From Planctomycetota bacterium (GTDB lineage: Bacteria; Planctomycetota; Brocadiia; JAADGH01): a stretch of 64,000 bases of DNA. Positions 37,807-46,111 of the stretch are shown here, piece after piece. The DNA is taken from the NCBI GenBank assembly GCA_040755855.1, contig JBFMAD010000040.1:999-64998 (forward strand). Direction: 5' to 3'. Numbering within the stretch: position 1 is the stretch's first letter; each line of letters begins with the position of its first letter. The notes under the pieces are model-generated. The model saw only the letters and a program-made list of their open reading frames with translations, had not been told where the DNA came from and did no database searches. Both the position numbers and the translations under genes were made by a program.

Positions 37807-38232
37807 TCACATGCTCAGGAAAGAGTGAAGTTGCTCTATCAACGAACCAATATCTTGCGTGTTGCACTCCCAAATCACGAGTATCTTCCAACCTAGTCGT
37901 CTCAAAGCCCTTCGTGCTTTCTGGTCGCGTTCTTTGTTCTGCTGGAGTTTTCGCAACCAGAACCGACGGCGTGTTCGAGGTGTAGCTCGCCCATTCTTAC
38001 ACCGGTGGCGGTGCCAAAAGCAGCCATGCACAAATATAATCTTCTTGAGGCGCGGAAAGACAAGATCGGGAGAGCCGGGCAGATGCTCGACATGCAACCT
38101 GAATCTGTAACCAAGTGAATGCGCGAGTTTGCGAACGACAATCTCAGGCTTGGTGTTCTTGCCGCGTATGCGTGACATGCAGTAGCTGCGTTGCTTGGGC
38201 GTCAGAACGTCCATTGCAGCACGGGATTCCAA
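37807..38232 (-). CDS. vsr: Very-short-patch repair endonuclease
   Basis: TKPEIVVRKLAHSLGYRFR...PGSPDLVFPRLKKIIFVHGCFWHRH...NKERDQK...GWKILVIWEC. The start codon directly abuts the upstream stop. Confidence 0.92.
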   Translation of the reverse strand: MESRAAMDVLTPKQRSYCMSRIRGKNTKPEIVVRKLAHSLGYRFRLHVEHLPGSPDLVFPRLKKIIFVHGCFWHRHRCKNGRATPRTRRRFWLRKLQQNKERDQKARRALRRLGWKILVIWECNTQDIGSLIEQLHSFLSM

Positions 38233-39369
38233 TCAAGATTCGTCGTTGGGTTCTGGCTGGATACTGATCTCGATGGGGGGGCCAAACTGGAGACATGATG
38301 GCTCCACGGAGATACCGTCGCAGCACACACTCGTGGGTAGGCCATCAAGCACGTCCAATACATCACGCGCAAACCCCCGCAGATCCTCAGCAATCCTGAG
38401 GCTACCGGACGAATCCGCAACGTCATACAGCCTGTAGAGATCATACCGAACAGGTTCGTCGCGCATGGCGACAAGCTCGGAGAGCGATATGTGGATTCTC
38501 CGCTCAAACTCACCGGTTGTTGACTTGACGTCCAGTAAGACTTTCTCCCCATTGTGACCATGAAACCAGAAATCGTATGGTGCAGCAGCATCACGCTCCG
38601 ACACCCATTCAAAATCAGCTATTTTACCTGTCTCTTTTTGCAGTCGAAGGTGGAAGCCCACTATTTCCTCACCGCGCATGCCGATTTCTTCAGCGCGTAT
38701 CCTGGCGTTCTTTAGCTCGGATTTTGATAGGCGTTTTCCCGACTTCCTCAGGTGTATTCTGCGCCTGCCCACTGGTCCACCAAGAGCGGCATCTTCGAGT
38801 GCTGCCTCCAAGAGAAGCTCCCGTATCGGATGCTCGGCCACGGGGCTTGCTTCGGCAATCACTTGCTCAAGTCTGCGTTGCTCGATCTTGTCCATTGCCC
38901 TCCCGCCAAGACAGGCAGCCAACAAAGCATGCAGCTTCCTATCGTGGTCCACGACGGATGACACGAAGAAAGCTCTTATCGTTCTCGGCGCTATATCACC
39001 CACAAAGTGGCACACCAGTATATCGCTAGGCTGAAGAACATTGAATCTGTCCGGGCTGTCTTCGGGATTATGGATGAACTCACCATCGAGTCGCCAGTTC
39101 TTATACGCACCGTGTTTAATAATCTTCCTTTGGAGATTGAGCTCCGGCTGCAGCCCCGGCCCATAGATGAACAAGTCAACTGGTATCCGGCCGTCATATT
39201 CCTTGGCAAATTGAGGAAGGCTCGGAAAAAGTTTGTCTACGAGCACATCAGCGTTAAGATTTATGGCCTTCTGATGGCCCGCCTTGATATGCTGGTGTTG
39301 CCACTCAAAAAACGTGAGGTCGGATGCGGTTAATCGCTTCAGTGCGAGTTTATCCATCATTTGAGCCAC
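38233..39369 (-). CDS. Putative type II restriction endonuclease (C-terminal DUF3883-like PD-(D/E)xK module)
   Basis: Sits between a C5-MTase and vsr in one tight operon. The C-terminal GMRGEEIVGFHLRLQKETGKIADFEWVSE...APYDFWF...VLLDVKSTTGEF...YDLYRLY fits the DUF3883/NO-VEIN nuclease pattern, recalled from memory. I do not recognise the N-terminal ~220 aa (KRLTASDLTFFEW...). Confidence 0.7.
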   Translation of the reverse strand: MAQMMDKLALKRLTASDLTFFEWQHQHIKAGHQKAINLNADVLVDKLFPSLPQFAKEYDGRIPVDLFIYGPGLQPELNLQRKIIKHGAYKNWRLDGEFIHNPEDSPDRFNVLQPSDILVCHFVGDIAPRTIRAFFVSSVVDHDRKLHALLAACLGGRAMDKIEQRRLEQVIAEASPVAEHPIRELLLEAALEDAALGGPVGRRRIHLRKSGKRLSKSELKNARIRAEEIGMRGEEIVGFHLRLQKETGKIADFEWVSERDAAAPYDFWFHGHNGEKVLLDVKSTTGEFERRIHISLSELVAMRDEPVRYDLYRLYDVADSSGSLRIAEDLRGFARDVLDVLDGLPTSVCCDGISVEPSCLQFGPPIEISIQPEPNDES

Positions 39370-40915
39370 CTCTCATCGCTCTTAACATCTCCCGGGCAAT
39401 CGCAGCCGCAAGGAGGGGGGGAACAGCATTTCCGATCTGCCGAAAGGCGGGATTCATCGTGCCCTCGAATCTGAAGCCGTCGGGGAATGATTGGAGTCGA
39501 GCCGCTTCCCTCACCGATATTGTGCGCGCTTGATCACTGTCATAGTGTACATGTGAATACCCATCCTTACCTAGGTGCGCCATTAGGGTTCGCGCAGGTT
39601 GGTCTGCCTCCATCTTCCGCCACTTGTTGGGGAACTTCCCCGGATCGTACGGAGGAATGAACTGCTTCCTGAGTCGATGGTATTCTGGCGAGCCGGGATG
39701 TGGTTCCTTTCCTTGTTCCCTCAGTAACTCAAGATGTTCATGGAAAAGCTGTTGGGCATGTTCGTGGGCTTCTGGATACTGATCTCCCGCTCGCATGCGA
39801 CGGAATATGCGGTAGTCGCGTGGTAAGTAGCGTATCACATGATCGACCACTCCACTGCCGCCCTCAAAACCCACCCAATTGCGCATGAGCTCCGCGTAAT
39901 GGGTGGGTTTCGCGGAGTTCCGGTACGAGGACAACTCGGTAAAGTGCCGCGCTCCCCGTCTCAGTTTTCCCTCCAAATGTGTGGTTATCTTGGCTAAATC
40001 CTCGAGAGCATCCTTTGCGCAAACCGCGGGCAGCAAACGTTCCGTAGGCTGTGGTGCAGCAACATAATTAGAGCCGTTGCCAAAAAGCGTCGGCTGCACA
40101 GTCTTTAGAGCAACGCTACGGGTTCCTTCATAGCCCCGTGGTAACTGAACCCAGTGGGTTGGCTTGGGGAAACGCACTTCAGCACCCAGTTGCCGGCAAT
40201 AGGCTATGAGAAACATTCGTTCTCGCATCTGGGGAACACCGTAAAAGACAGCGTTCAATAGCGAATAACGTGATACATATCCCATTCGGTCGAGAACTTC
40301 ACACATTTCTTCCGCGATATTGTGTCCGCCGTAATTCAGTGCATCCGGTACGTTCTCCATAAGAAGGGCTATTGGCTGGAAATCTCGCACGTATTGAAGA
40401 TAGCGCAGGTAGAGGTTCCTCCTCGCATCTTTTAAGAACGCTGACGGATGCTCAGCTACTTCGCGCAGTTTGGCACGCCCGACCCTGGCATAGGCTTGAC
40501 ACGGAGGGCCGCCAATTATCACATCTACACAGCTCTCGGCCCGCCGAAACCCGAATTCCGCCGCCAAGTCCTTGGGATCAGTTTGAGTGATGTCGCGGGG
40601 CTTTGCGTGGACAACGCGGGTTGCAGCAGATGCCGAACCAAAAAAGTTCTGTGCGTACGACTTGGCGGCGATTGGGTCCGATTCCAATCCGCCAATAATC
40701 TTGTACCCTGTCGATAGAAAACCAAGAGAAAGACCACCGCAGCCCGAAAACAAATCCAACACTCTCGGTTCCGCGCCGTTCCGGATCCTCCGGATCTTGT
40801 ATCTGTCTCGGGGCTCCGAGGACACCTTGTTCATCTCCTGTCGGCCCAGCATAGATAACGTGTAACGGTCTAACACCCCGGTGATTGGTGCTATGGTACG
40901 CCCGACGCCACTCAC
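39350..40915 (-). CDS. dcm: DNA (cytosine-5)-methyltransferase
   Basis: Motif I LDLFSGCGGLSLGF, IV GGPPCQAY, VI LLMENV, VIII VPQMRERMFLIA and X FRQIGNAVPPLLA. The GTG start at 40915 is uncertain; alternative ATGs are at 40852 and 40834. The 3' end overlaps the endonuclease start by 20 nt. Confidence 0.92.
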   Translation of the reverse strand: MSGVGRTIAPITGVLDRYTLSMLGRQEMNKVSSEPRDRYKIRRIRNGAEPRVLDLFSGCGGLSLGFLSTGYKIIGGLESDPIAAKSYAQNFFGSASAATRVVHAKPRDITQTDPKDLAAEFGFRRAESCVDVIIGGPPCQAYARVGRAKLREVAEHPSAFLKDARRNLYLRYLQYVRDFQPIALLMENVPDALNYGGHNIAEEMCEVLDRMGYVSRYSLLNAVFYGVPQMRERMFLIAYCRQLGAEVRFPKPTHWVQLPRGYEGTRSVALKTVQPTLFGNGSNYVAAPQPTERLLPAVCAKDALEDLAKITTHLEGKLRRGARHFTELSSYRNSAKPTHYAELMRNWVGFEGGSGVVDHVIRYLPRDYRIFRRMRAGDQYPEAHEHAQQLFHEHLELLREQGKEPHPGSPEYHRLRKQFIPPYDPGKFPNKWRKMEADQPARTLMAHLGKDGYSHVHYDSDQARTISVREAARLQSFPDGFRFEGTMNPAFRQIGNAVPPLLAAAIAREMLRAMRGGSNDG

Positions 40916-40974
40916 CGGGCAAGAGTATTATACACCACGGCCCGAACACCGCAAAGAAAAATCTCACGCGGAAG

Positions 40975-41220
40975 AGGGAGAGGGGCGGGTAGGAGTGTGG
41001 GCGTATGGGCGTATGGGAGTAAAGAGTGGAAAGTGGAGAGTGCAGAGTGCGGAATGAAGATGGGAGACGCTGATTAACGCAGCTGGACGCAGAAGTCAGA
41101 GATCAGAAGTCAGAGGTCAGAGGTCAAGAATCAGACCGCTCAGATAATTTATCTGTGAGAATCAGTGTGAATCTGCGTCTGCTTCTCGCTTCGTCTTCGT
41201 GCCCTTCGTGATCTTCGTGG
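40975..41220. repeat. Word-like dispersed intergenic repeat block, related to 4526..4740, including a short tandem run
   Basis: Shared exact words are listed under feature 4526..4740. It also has a tandem tcagag/tcagaa run, gaagtcagagatcagaagtcagaggtcagaggtcaagaatcaga (about 41093-41136), and cttcgt repeats at 41190-41218. Confidence 0.8.
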
Positions 41221-41229
41221 TGAGCCGTG

Positions 41230-41254
41230 GATTCCCGCTTGCGCGGGAATGACA
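41230..41254. repeat. REP-like hairpin ggATTCCCGC-ttgc-GCGGGAATgac, same family as 36894..36976
   Basis: Read directly. Identical to the 36952-36976 copy in stem and flanks; it differs only in the loop. Confidence 0.85.
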
Positions 41255-41310
41255 GCACCCGGCTAAATGGTTACATCGGTACGGAGTTTCCCAAACTGTC
41301 TCGCCGCGGG

Positions 41311-43761
41311 TCAGATGAAGAGGTTCACGTCCGAGGTCTCGGCGTGAGCGAGGTACGTGGCGACGCCGCCCTCCTCAATGCCGCCGATCAGCTCCTCGCG
41401 CTTGATCCCCATGATGTCCATCGTCATGGTGCACGCCACAAGGCGGACGCCCTGCTCCATCGCCAGCGCGATGAGGTCGGGAAGGGACTGGACGTTCTTC
41501 TGCTTCATGACGCGCTTCATCATCGCCGTGCCCATGCCGGCCATGTTCATCTTGGAGAGCTTCAGCTTCTTCGCGCCGCGCGGCATCATCCAGCCGAACA
41601 TGCGGTCCACGAGGCCCTTCTCCACATCGGCCGCCCGGTCCTTGCGGAGGACGTTCAACCCCCAGAACGTGAAGAACATGGTCACCTTGCGGCCCATCGC
41701 CGCCGCGCCATTCGCGATAATGAATGACGCCATGACGCGGTCGAGGTCGTTGCTGAAGACGACGATCGTCTTGTCGTTTTTCTCCGCCGCCGCGCCGGCC
41801 GTCGGGGCGGGCTTCGCCTCCGCGGCGGGCTTGCGGATGCGGCCGATGAGCTTCGCGCCGTCACGCTCGATGGAGAGGAACTCATGTCCCGTGCGCTCGC
41901 ACCAGGCGGGCAGGTCCGTGGCGAAGCCGGGGTCGGTGGCGGAGATTTCGAGCACCGCACCGGCGTCGAGATCCTTCGCCTTCTTGTTCAGCTTGACGAT
42001 CGGGCCGGGGCATTGCAGACCGCAGGCATCCACTCTGACCGCTGCCTGCACTTCCTCCGATGCCGGCGATTTTTCTTGTTTGGGTGTGGCCATGGCTTCC
42101 TCCTTCGGCGAGGGCGATTCTTTTTCGAGGGTCGGTTCGTAGGTGTGCCAGCCGCCCGTCAGGTTCCTCACATCGGCAAATCCGGACAGCATCAGGGCGC
42201 GGCAGGCGTTGTAGGCCCGGAGGCCGCTGCCGCAGTAAACCACGAGCGGCCTGTCCTTCGGCACGTCACTTATGCGGTTGCGCAGGTCGTCCACGGGAAT
42301 ATGCATCGCGTCGGAAATGTGGCCGAGTTCGAATTCATCCTTCGTCCGGACATCGAGGAAGACCGCGCCCTTCCGCTTCAGGTCGTCCACATCGTGCCAG
42401 TGCGCGACCTTCATGTCGCCGCGCAGGATATTCGACGCGACGAAGCCGAGCATATTGATAGGGTCCTTGGCCGAGCCGTATTGGGGCGCGTAGGCGAGTT
42501 CGAGGTGCTCCAGGTCGAAGACCGTCATCCCCGCCCGCATGGCTGTGGCGAGGACATCAATGCGTTTGTCCACGCCGTCGCCGCCGATGATCTGCGCGCC
42601 GAGAATCCTGCCGTCCGTGGTGGAGAAGATCAGTTTCATGGCCATGCTCGATCCGCCCGGATAGTAGCCGGCGTGGGACGCGGCGTGGACATAGCACTTC
42701 TCGTAAGCGATGCCGCGCTCCTTGAGGACCTTCTCGGTGCATCCGGTGGCGGCGACAGCCAGTCCGAAGGCGCGGACGATGGCCGTGCCCTGTGTCTTGC
42801 GGTAGGCGGAGTCGCGGCCGAAGATGTGGTCGGCGGCGATGCGGCCCTGGCGGTTGGCGGGACCGCCGAGGGGAACGAGGGTGTTCTCGCCGGTGACGAA
42901 GTCCACCACCTCGATGGCGTCGCCGACGGCGTAGATGTTGGGGTCGGACGCGACCATGTGCTCGTCCACCACGATGCCTCCGCGCTTGCCGATCGTCAGG
43001 CCCGCGTCGCGGGCGAGGTCCACCGTGGGCCGGACGCCGATGCAGAGCATGGCGAGGTCGCAGTCCAGCGTCCGGCCGCTGCTGAGCCGCACGTGAATGC
43101 CGGAGTCGTCGCGCGAGAATGAGTCCGCCTTCGCGCCGAGGAAGAGCTTGACGCCGTTGAGCTTCATCTCTTGATGGAGCAGAACGGCCATCTCCGGATC
43201 GAGGGGGCGCATGAGGTATTCGTGCGAATGGACGACGGAGACGTCCAAGCCCATCCTGCGCAGGTTCTCCGCCATCTCGACGCCGATGTATCCGCCGCCC
43301 ACGACGACGGAGCGCTTGGCCTGGGTCCTGGCGATATAGTCTTTGATCCGGTCTGCCTGGGGGATGTCGCGGAGGGTGAAAACGCCCTCGATCTCGTACC
43401 CCGGCACCTCCACCGGCGCGGCCCCGGGGGCGAGGATGAGCTTGTCGTATCGCTCCCGACAGGTCTCGCCGGTATCCAGGTTCTCGACCTCGATCTCCCG
43501 ACTGTCGCGGAGGATGCGCCTGACCTCGGATCTCATGCGCACATCAATGGCGAAGCGATTGCGCAGGAGGTCGGGCGTGACCACGAGGAGGTCGTCGCGC
43601 TCCTCGATTTCGCCGCCGATGTAGTAGGCCAGGCCGCATACGGCGTACGAGGGGTACTTGCCGCGGTCGAACATGACGATCTCGGCGTCGTTGCTCAGAC
43701 GTCGCGCGCGGGTGGCGGCGGATGCGCCGCCAGCCACGCCTCCCACAATGAGCAGTCGCAT
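41311..43761 (-). CDS. CoA-disulfide/persulfide reductase-like flavoprotein fused to rhodanese, TusA/SirA and DsrE-like domains
   Basis: Start MRLLIVGGVAGGASAATRARR with AAGGAG upstream. Redox Cys SYAVCGLAYY and second Rossmann VVGGGYIGVEMAE. Rhodanese loop VVYCGSGLRAYNA, TusA CGLQCPGPIV and DsrE-like KTIVVFSNDLDRVMASFIIANGAAAMG. Track ORF 41311..44640 over-extends 5' into antisense of the next gene. Confidence 0.88.
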   Translation of the reverse strand: MRLLIVGGVAGGASAATRARRLSNDAEIVMFDRGKYPSYAVCGLAYYIGGEIEERDDLLVVTPDLLRNRFAIDVRMRSEVRRILRDSREIEVENLDTGETCRERYDKLILAPGAAPVEVPGYEIEGVFTLRDIPQADRIKDYIARTQAKRSVVVGGGYIGVEMAENLRRMGLDVSVVHSHEYLMRPLDPEMAVLLHQEMKLNGVKLFLGAKADSFSRDDSGIHVRLSSGRTLDCDLAMLCIGVRPTVDLARDAGLTIGKRGGIVVDEHMVASDPNIYAVGDAIEVVDFVTGENTLVPLGGPANRQGRIAADHIFGRDSAYRKTQGTAIVRAFGLAVAATGCTEKVLKERGIAYEKCYVHAASHAGYYPGGSSMAMKLIFSTTDGRILGAQIIGGDGVDKRIDVLATAMRAGMTVFDLEHLELAYAPQYGSAKDPINMLGFVASNILRGDMKVAHWHDVDDLKRKGAVFLDVRTKDEFELGHISDAMHIPVDDLRNRISDVPKDRPLVVYCGSGLRAYNACRALMLSGFADVRNLTGGWHTYEPTLEKESPSPKEEAMATPKQEKSPASEEVQAAVRVDACGLQCPGPIVKLNKKAKDLDAGAVLEISATDPGFATDLPAWCERTGHEFLSIERDGAKLIGRIRKPAAEAKPAPTAGAAAEKNDKTIVVFSNDLDRVMASFIIANGAAAMGRKVTMFFTFWGLNVLRKDRAADVEKGLVDRMFGWMMPRGAKKLKLSKMNMAGMGTAMMKRVMKQKNVQSLPDLIALAMEQGVRLVACTMTMDIMGIKREELIGGIEEGGVATYLAHAETSDVNLFI

Positions 43762-43936
43762 AGAGCAGCTCCTTTCCGTCCTATAGGTCATATATGTCCT
43801 ATACTTAATTATAGCAGAAAAGCCCCGAAGACGAGACCGATGTTTTTCTTGGCTGGGGCTTGCCTTGTCCAAGGCGACCACGTATAATACGCGCCTTGCA
43901 AGCGGAAGACCGACCTCTGAAAAAGGAGCGACAACC

Positions 43937-44920
43937 ATGACAGATATCAAGCGCCGGATGCGCGAGGAGCGAGGCGTTACTGTGGTGCAGATGCCGGAGG
44001 AGATGACGGCGGCGGCGGCGTATGACCTGGAGGAGCCGTTGATGCAGGCGCTGATGAAGGATGTGCCTCTGATGCTGTTGGACATGTCGGAGGTCTCGCA
44101 GATCACCAGCGCCTCCATATCGCTCCTGATTAAATTGAGCAAGGCGGCGGAACGTAAAAACGGCATGGCGGCGATTGCATCGCCCTCCGCCGTGGTGAAG
44201 GATGTGTTCTCCATCACGAAGATGAACGAGATGCTGCACGTGTTCGAGACGAAGGAGGAGGCAATGGAGGGGCTTATCGAGGGGCGCGTCCGGATCGAGG
44301 ACCCAAAGCCTGCGGCGGCAAAGGGGAAGCCGGATGCGGCGCATGTCGGCGAGACGACGGTGGAGAGCGTGCTCTTCGAGAAGCCGGGACCCAAGCACAC
44401 GGACCGGACGCTCGAGATTGCCAAAAGACGCGCGACGGAGTTGAAGATTGACGCGGTGGTCGTCGCCACAACGACCGGCGAGACGGCCCTGAAGGCGGCG
44501 AAGCTGTTCGGGGATACCCATGTGAAGATCGTCGGGGTTACGCTGATGGCGGGGGTGTGGGACAAGTATGCGCCCCCCGACGCCGATGTGGTGCGGAAGG
44601 CGGAGGAGGCGGGGGTCACGTTCCTCACCGCCACCCACACGCTGATGGGGAACGTGGGAAGCGCAATCCGGGAGAAGTTCGGCGGCGTGTCCGAGGTAGA
44701 GCTGATCGCACATGCCTACTATACGTTCTCGCAGGGCATGAAGGTGGCGGTGGAGGTGGCCTCGATGGCGGCCGATGCGGGGCTGGTCCCGACGGACAGC
44801 GATATTATTGCCATCGCGGGCACGGGCAGCGGGGCCGACACGGCTATTGTCCTCCGCCCGGCGCACTCGAACAAATTCTTCAGCACGAAGATACGCGAGA
44901 TCCTGGCCATGCCAAGGTAA
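43937..44920 (+). CDS. STAS domain fused to a pyruvate-kinase-C-terminal-like (PK_C) domain
   Basis: AAAAGGAG SD before the ATG at 43937. N-terminal VVQMPEEMTAAAAYDLEEPL...LLDMSEVSQITSASISLLIKL...VFSITKMNEMLHVFETKEEA is anti-sigma-antagonist/STAS-like. C-terminal TLEIAKRRATELKIDAVVVATTTGETALKAA...GMKVAVEVASMAADAGLV...IIAIAGTGSGADTAIVLRPA is like stand-alone PK_C proteins. Confidence 0.8.
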   Translation: MTDIKRRMREERGVTVVQMPEEMTAAAAYDLEEPLMQALMKDVPLMLLDMSEVSQITSASISLLIKLSKAAERKNGMAAIASPSAVVKDVFSITKMNEMLHVFETKEEAMEGLIEGRVRIEDPKPAAAKGKPDAAHVGETTVESVLFEKPGPKHTDRTLEIAKRRATELKIDAVVVATTTGETALKAAKLFGDTHVKIVGVTLMAGVWDKYAPPDADVVRKAEEAGVTFLTATHTLMGNVGSAIREKFGGVSEVELIAHAYYTFSQGMKVAVEVASMAADAGLVPTDSDIIAIAGTGSGADTAIVLRPAHSNKFFSTKIREILAMPR

Positions 44921-44940
44921 TGAAAGAGAAAGGGCAAACC

Positions 44941-45756
44941 ATGAGCGATTTCACCCTTTGCCTGAACACGAGCACGATTCGCCCGACAAGCCTGATGGAC
45001 AAGATCGCCATCGCGGGCGAGTGCGGCTACGAGGCCATCGAACTCTGGATCAACGATATTGACGAATATGTCAAGGGCGGCGGAAGCATCCGGGACGTGA
45101 ATAAGGCCCTCGCCGACAACAACCTGTCCGTCCCGACGATCATCGCGCTGCACGGCTGGCTCGGCTCGACGGGGGCCGAACACCGCGAGGCGATCAAGGA
45201 CGCCAAGCGCCGCCTCGCGATCGGCGAGCAGGTCGGCGCGCAGTACGCCATCAGCAGTCCGCCGCGCGCGAAGGTGGATATGGGTGGGGCGGGGGCACAG
45301 TACCGCGAGCTGCTTGATCTGGCAAAGGGGCTTCGCATCAAGCCGGCGATGGAGTTCCTCGGCTTCGTGCCGACGGTGTGCACGATCAAGGCGGCGTGGA
45401 AGATCGTGTGCGACGCGGGCCATCCCGACGGCAGCATTATCATGGACCCGTTCCACGTCTTTCGCGGCGGGGGGAGCATCGAAGAGATGGACCCAATCCC
45501 CGGCGACAAGATCGCCGTCTTCCACTTCAATGACGCCCCGGCCACGAAGCCGCGCGCCGAGCAGAGCGACGCGGACCGCGTGTTCCCCGGGGATGGCATC
45601 CTTGACCTGGCCGACATGATTGCGCGGCTGAAGGGGAAAAATTACAAGGGCGCGATCTCGCTGGAGCTCTTCAATCCCACGTATTGGGAGCAGGACCCGC
45701 GCGAGGTCTGCCGGGTAGGCATGGATAAGATGCGGGCGGTGGTGGAGTCGGTGTGA
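44941..45756 (+). CDS. Sugar phosphate isomerase/epimerase (xylose-isomerase-like TIM barrel)
   Basis: MSDFTLCLNTSTIRP...GYEAIELW...AMEFLGF...ISLELFN. An in-frame ATG at 44920 overlaps the upstream TAA (TAATG) and is an alternative start. Confidence 0.82.
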   Translation: MSDFTLCLNTSTIRPTSLMDKIAIAGECGYEAIELWINDIDEYVKGGGSIRDVNKALADNNLSVPTIIALHGWLGSTGAEHREAIKDAKRRLAIGEQVGAQYAISSPPRAKVDMGGAGAQYRELLDLAKGLRIKPAMEFLGFVPTVCTIKAAWKIVCDAGHPDGSIIMDPFHVFRGGGSIEEMDPIPGDKIAVFHFNDAPATKPRAEQSDADRVFPGDGILDLADMIARLKGKNYKGAISLELFNPTYWEQDPREVCRVGMDKMRAVVESV

Positions 45757-45973
45757 CACAAGCCAGCCGTTGTCGCGATTTTCATGTCATTCGGGGGCTG
45801 CTTTTGCGAACCGCCTTGGATTTTTTGGGTATTATTGGTGCTTTAATTCGTTAATTTTTCAACGAATCATCGAGAATATTTCGTCATAATATATGTCGCC
45901 CCACATAGATATAGCCGCGCCATATGCTTTGCATATAATCCTATAACATTGCCCGAAAAAGCCAAAAAAACAC

Positions 45974-46003
45974 TTGACATCCATGATGCCTCCCCCATAA
46001 ACT
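45974..46003 (+). promoter_or_regulatory. Candidate sigma70 promoter: TTGACA, 18-nt spacer, TAAACT
   Basis: ttgaca at 45974-45979 and taaact at 45998-46003, in a strikingly AT-rich intergenic region upstream of rex. Confidence 0.4.
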
Positions 46004-46027
46004 ATAGGATAACTGGGCTGGTGATAT

Positions 46028-46083
46028 TTGTGAGCAATGTATCGCTTAAGCCCGGATCAATTGTGATTTTTATATCGGTTAGT
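46028..46083 (+). promoter_or_regulatory. Two direct copies of TTGTGA-N6-TATCG-N-TTA, operator-like
   Basis: ttgtgagcaatgtatcgctta (46028-46048) and ttgtgatttttatatcggtta (46061-46081), starts 33 nt apart, between the candidate promoter and the rex start. TTGTGA equals the Rex half-site. Confidence 0.45.
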
Positions 46084-46111
46084 AAGGATTTTGCTGTTTC
46101 CCGGGGGTGGA

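Noticed and set aside
37640-40960. Integrase, transposase or tRNA-linked att sites flanking the AT-rich islets. The flanks of 4851-5804 and 56047-57426 were also checked.
   Set aside because: No such genes or obvious direct-repeat target duplications could be found by eye, so the islets are not annotated as mobile elements.
41311-44640. Track ORF of 1109 aa on the minus strand
   Set aside because: The first 293 codons are antisense to the STAS-PK_C gene and have no recognisable domain. A strong AAGGAG plus ATG at 43761 begins the flavoprotein with its GxGxxG motif, so the CDS is 41311..43761.
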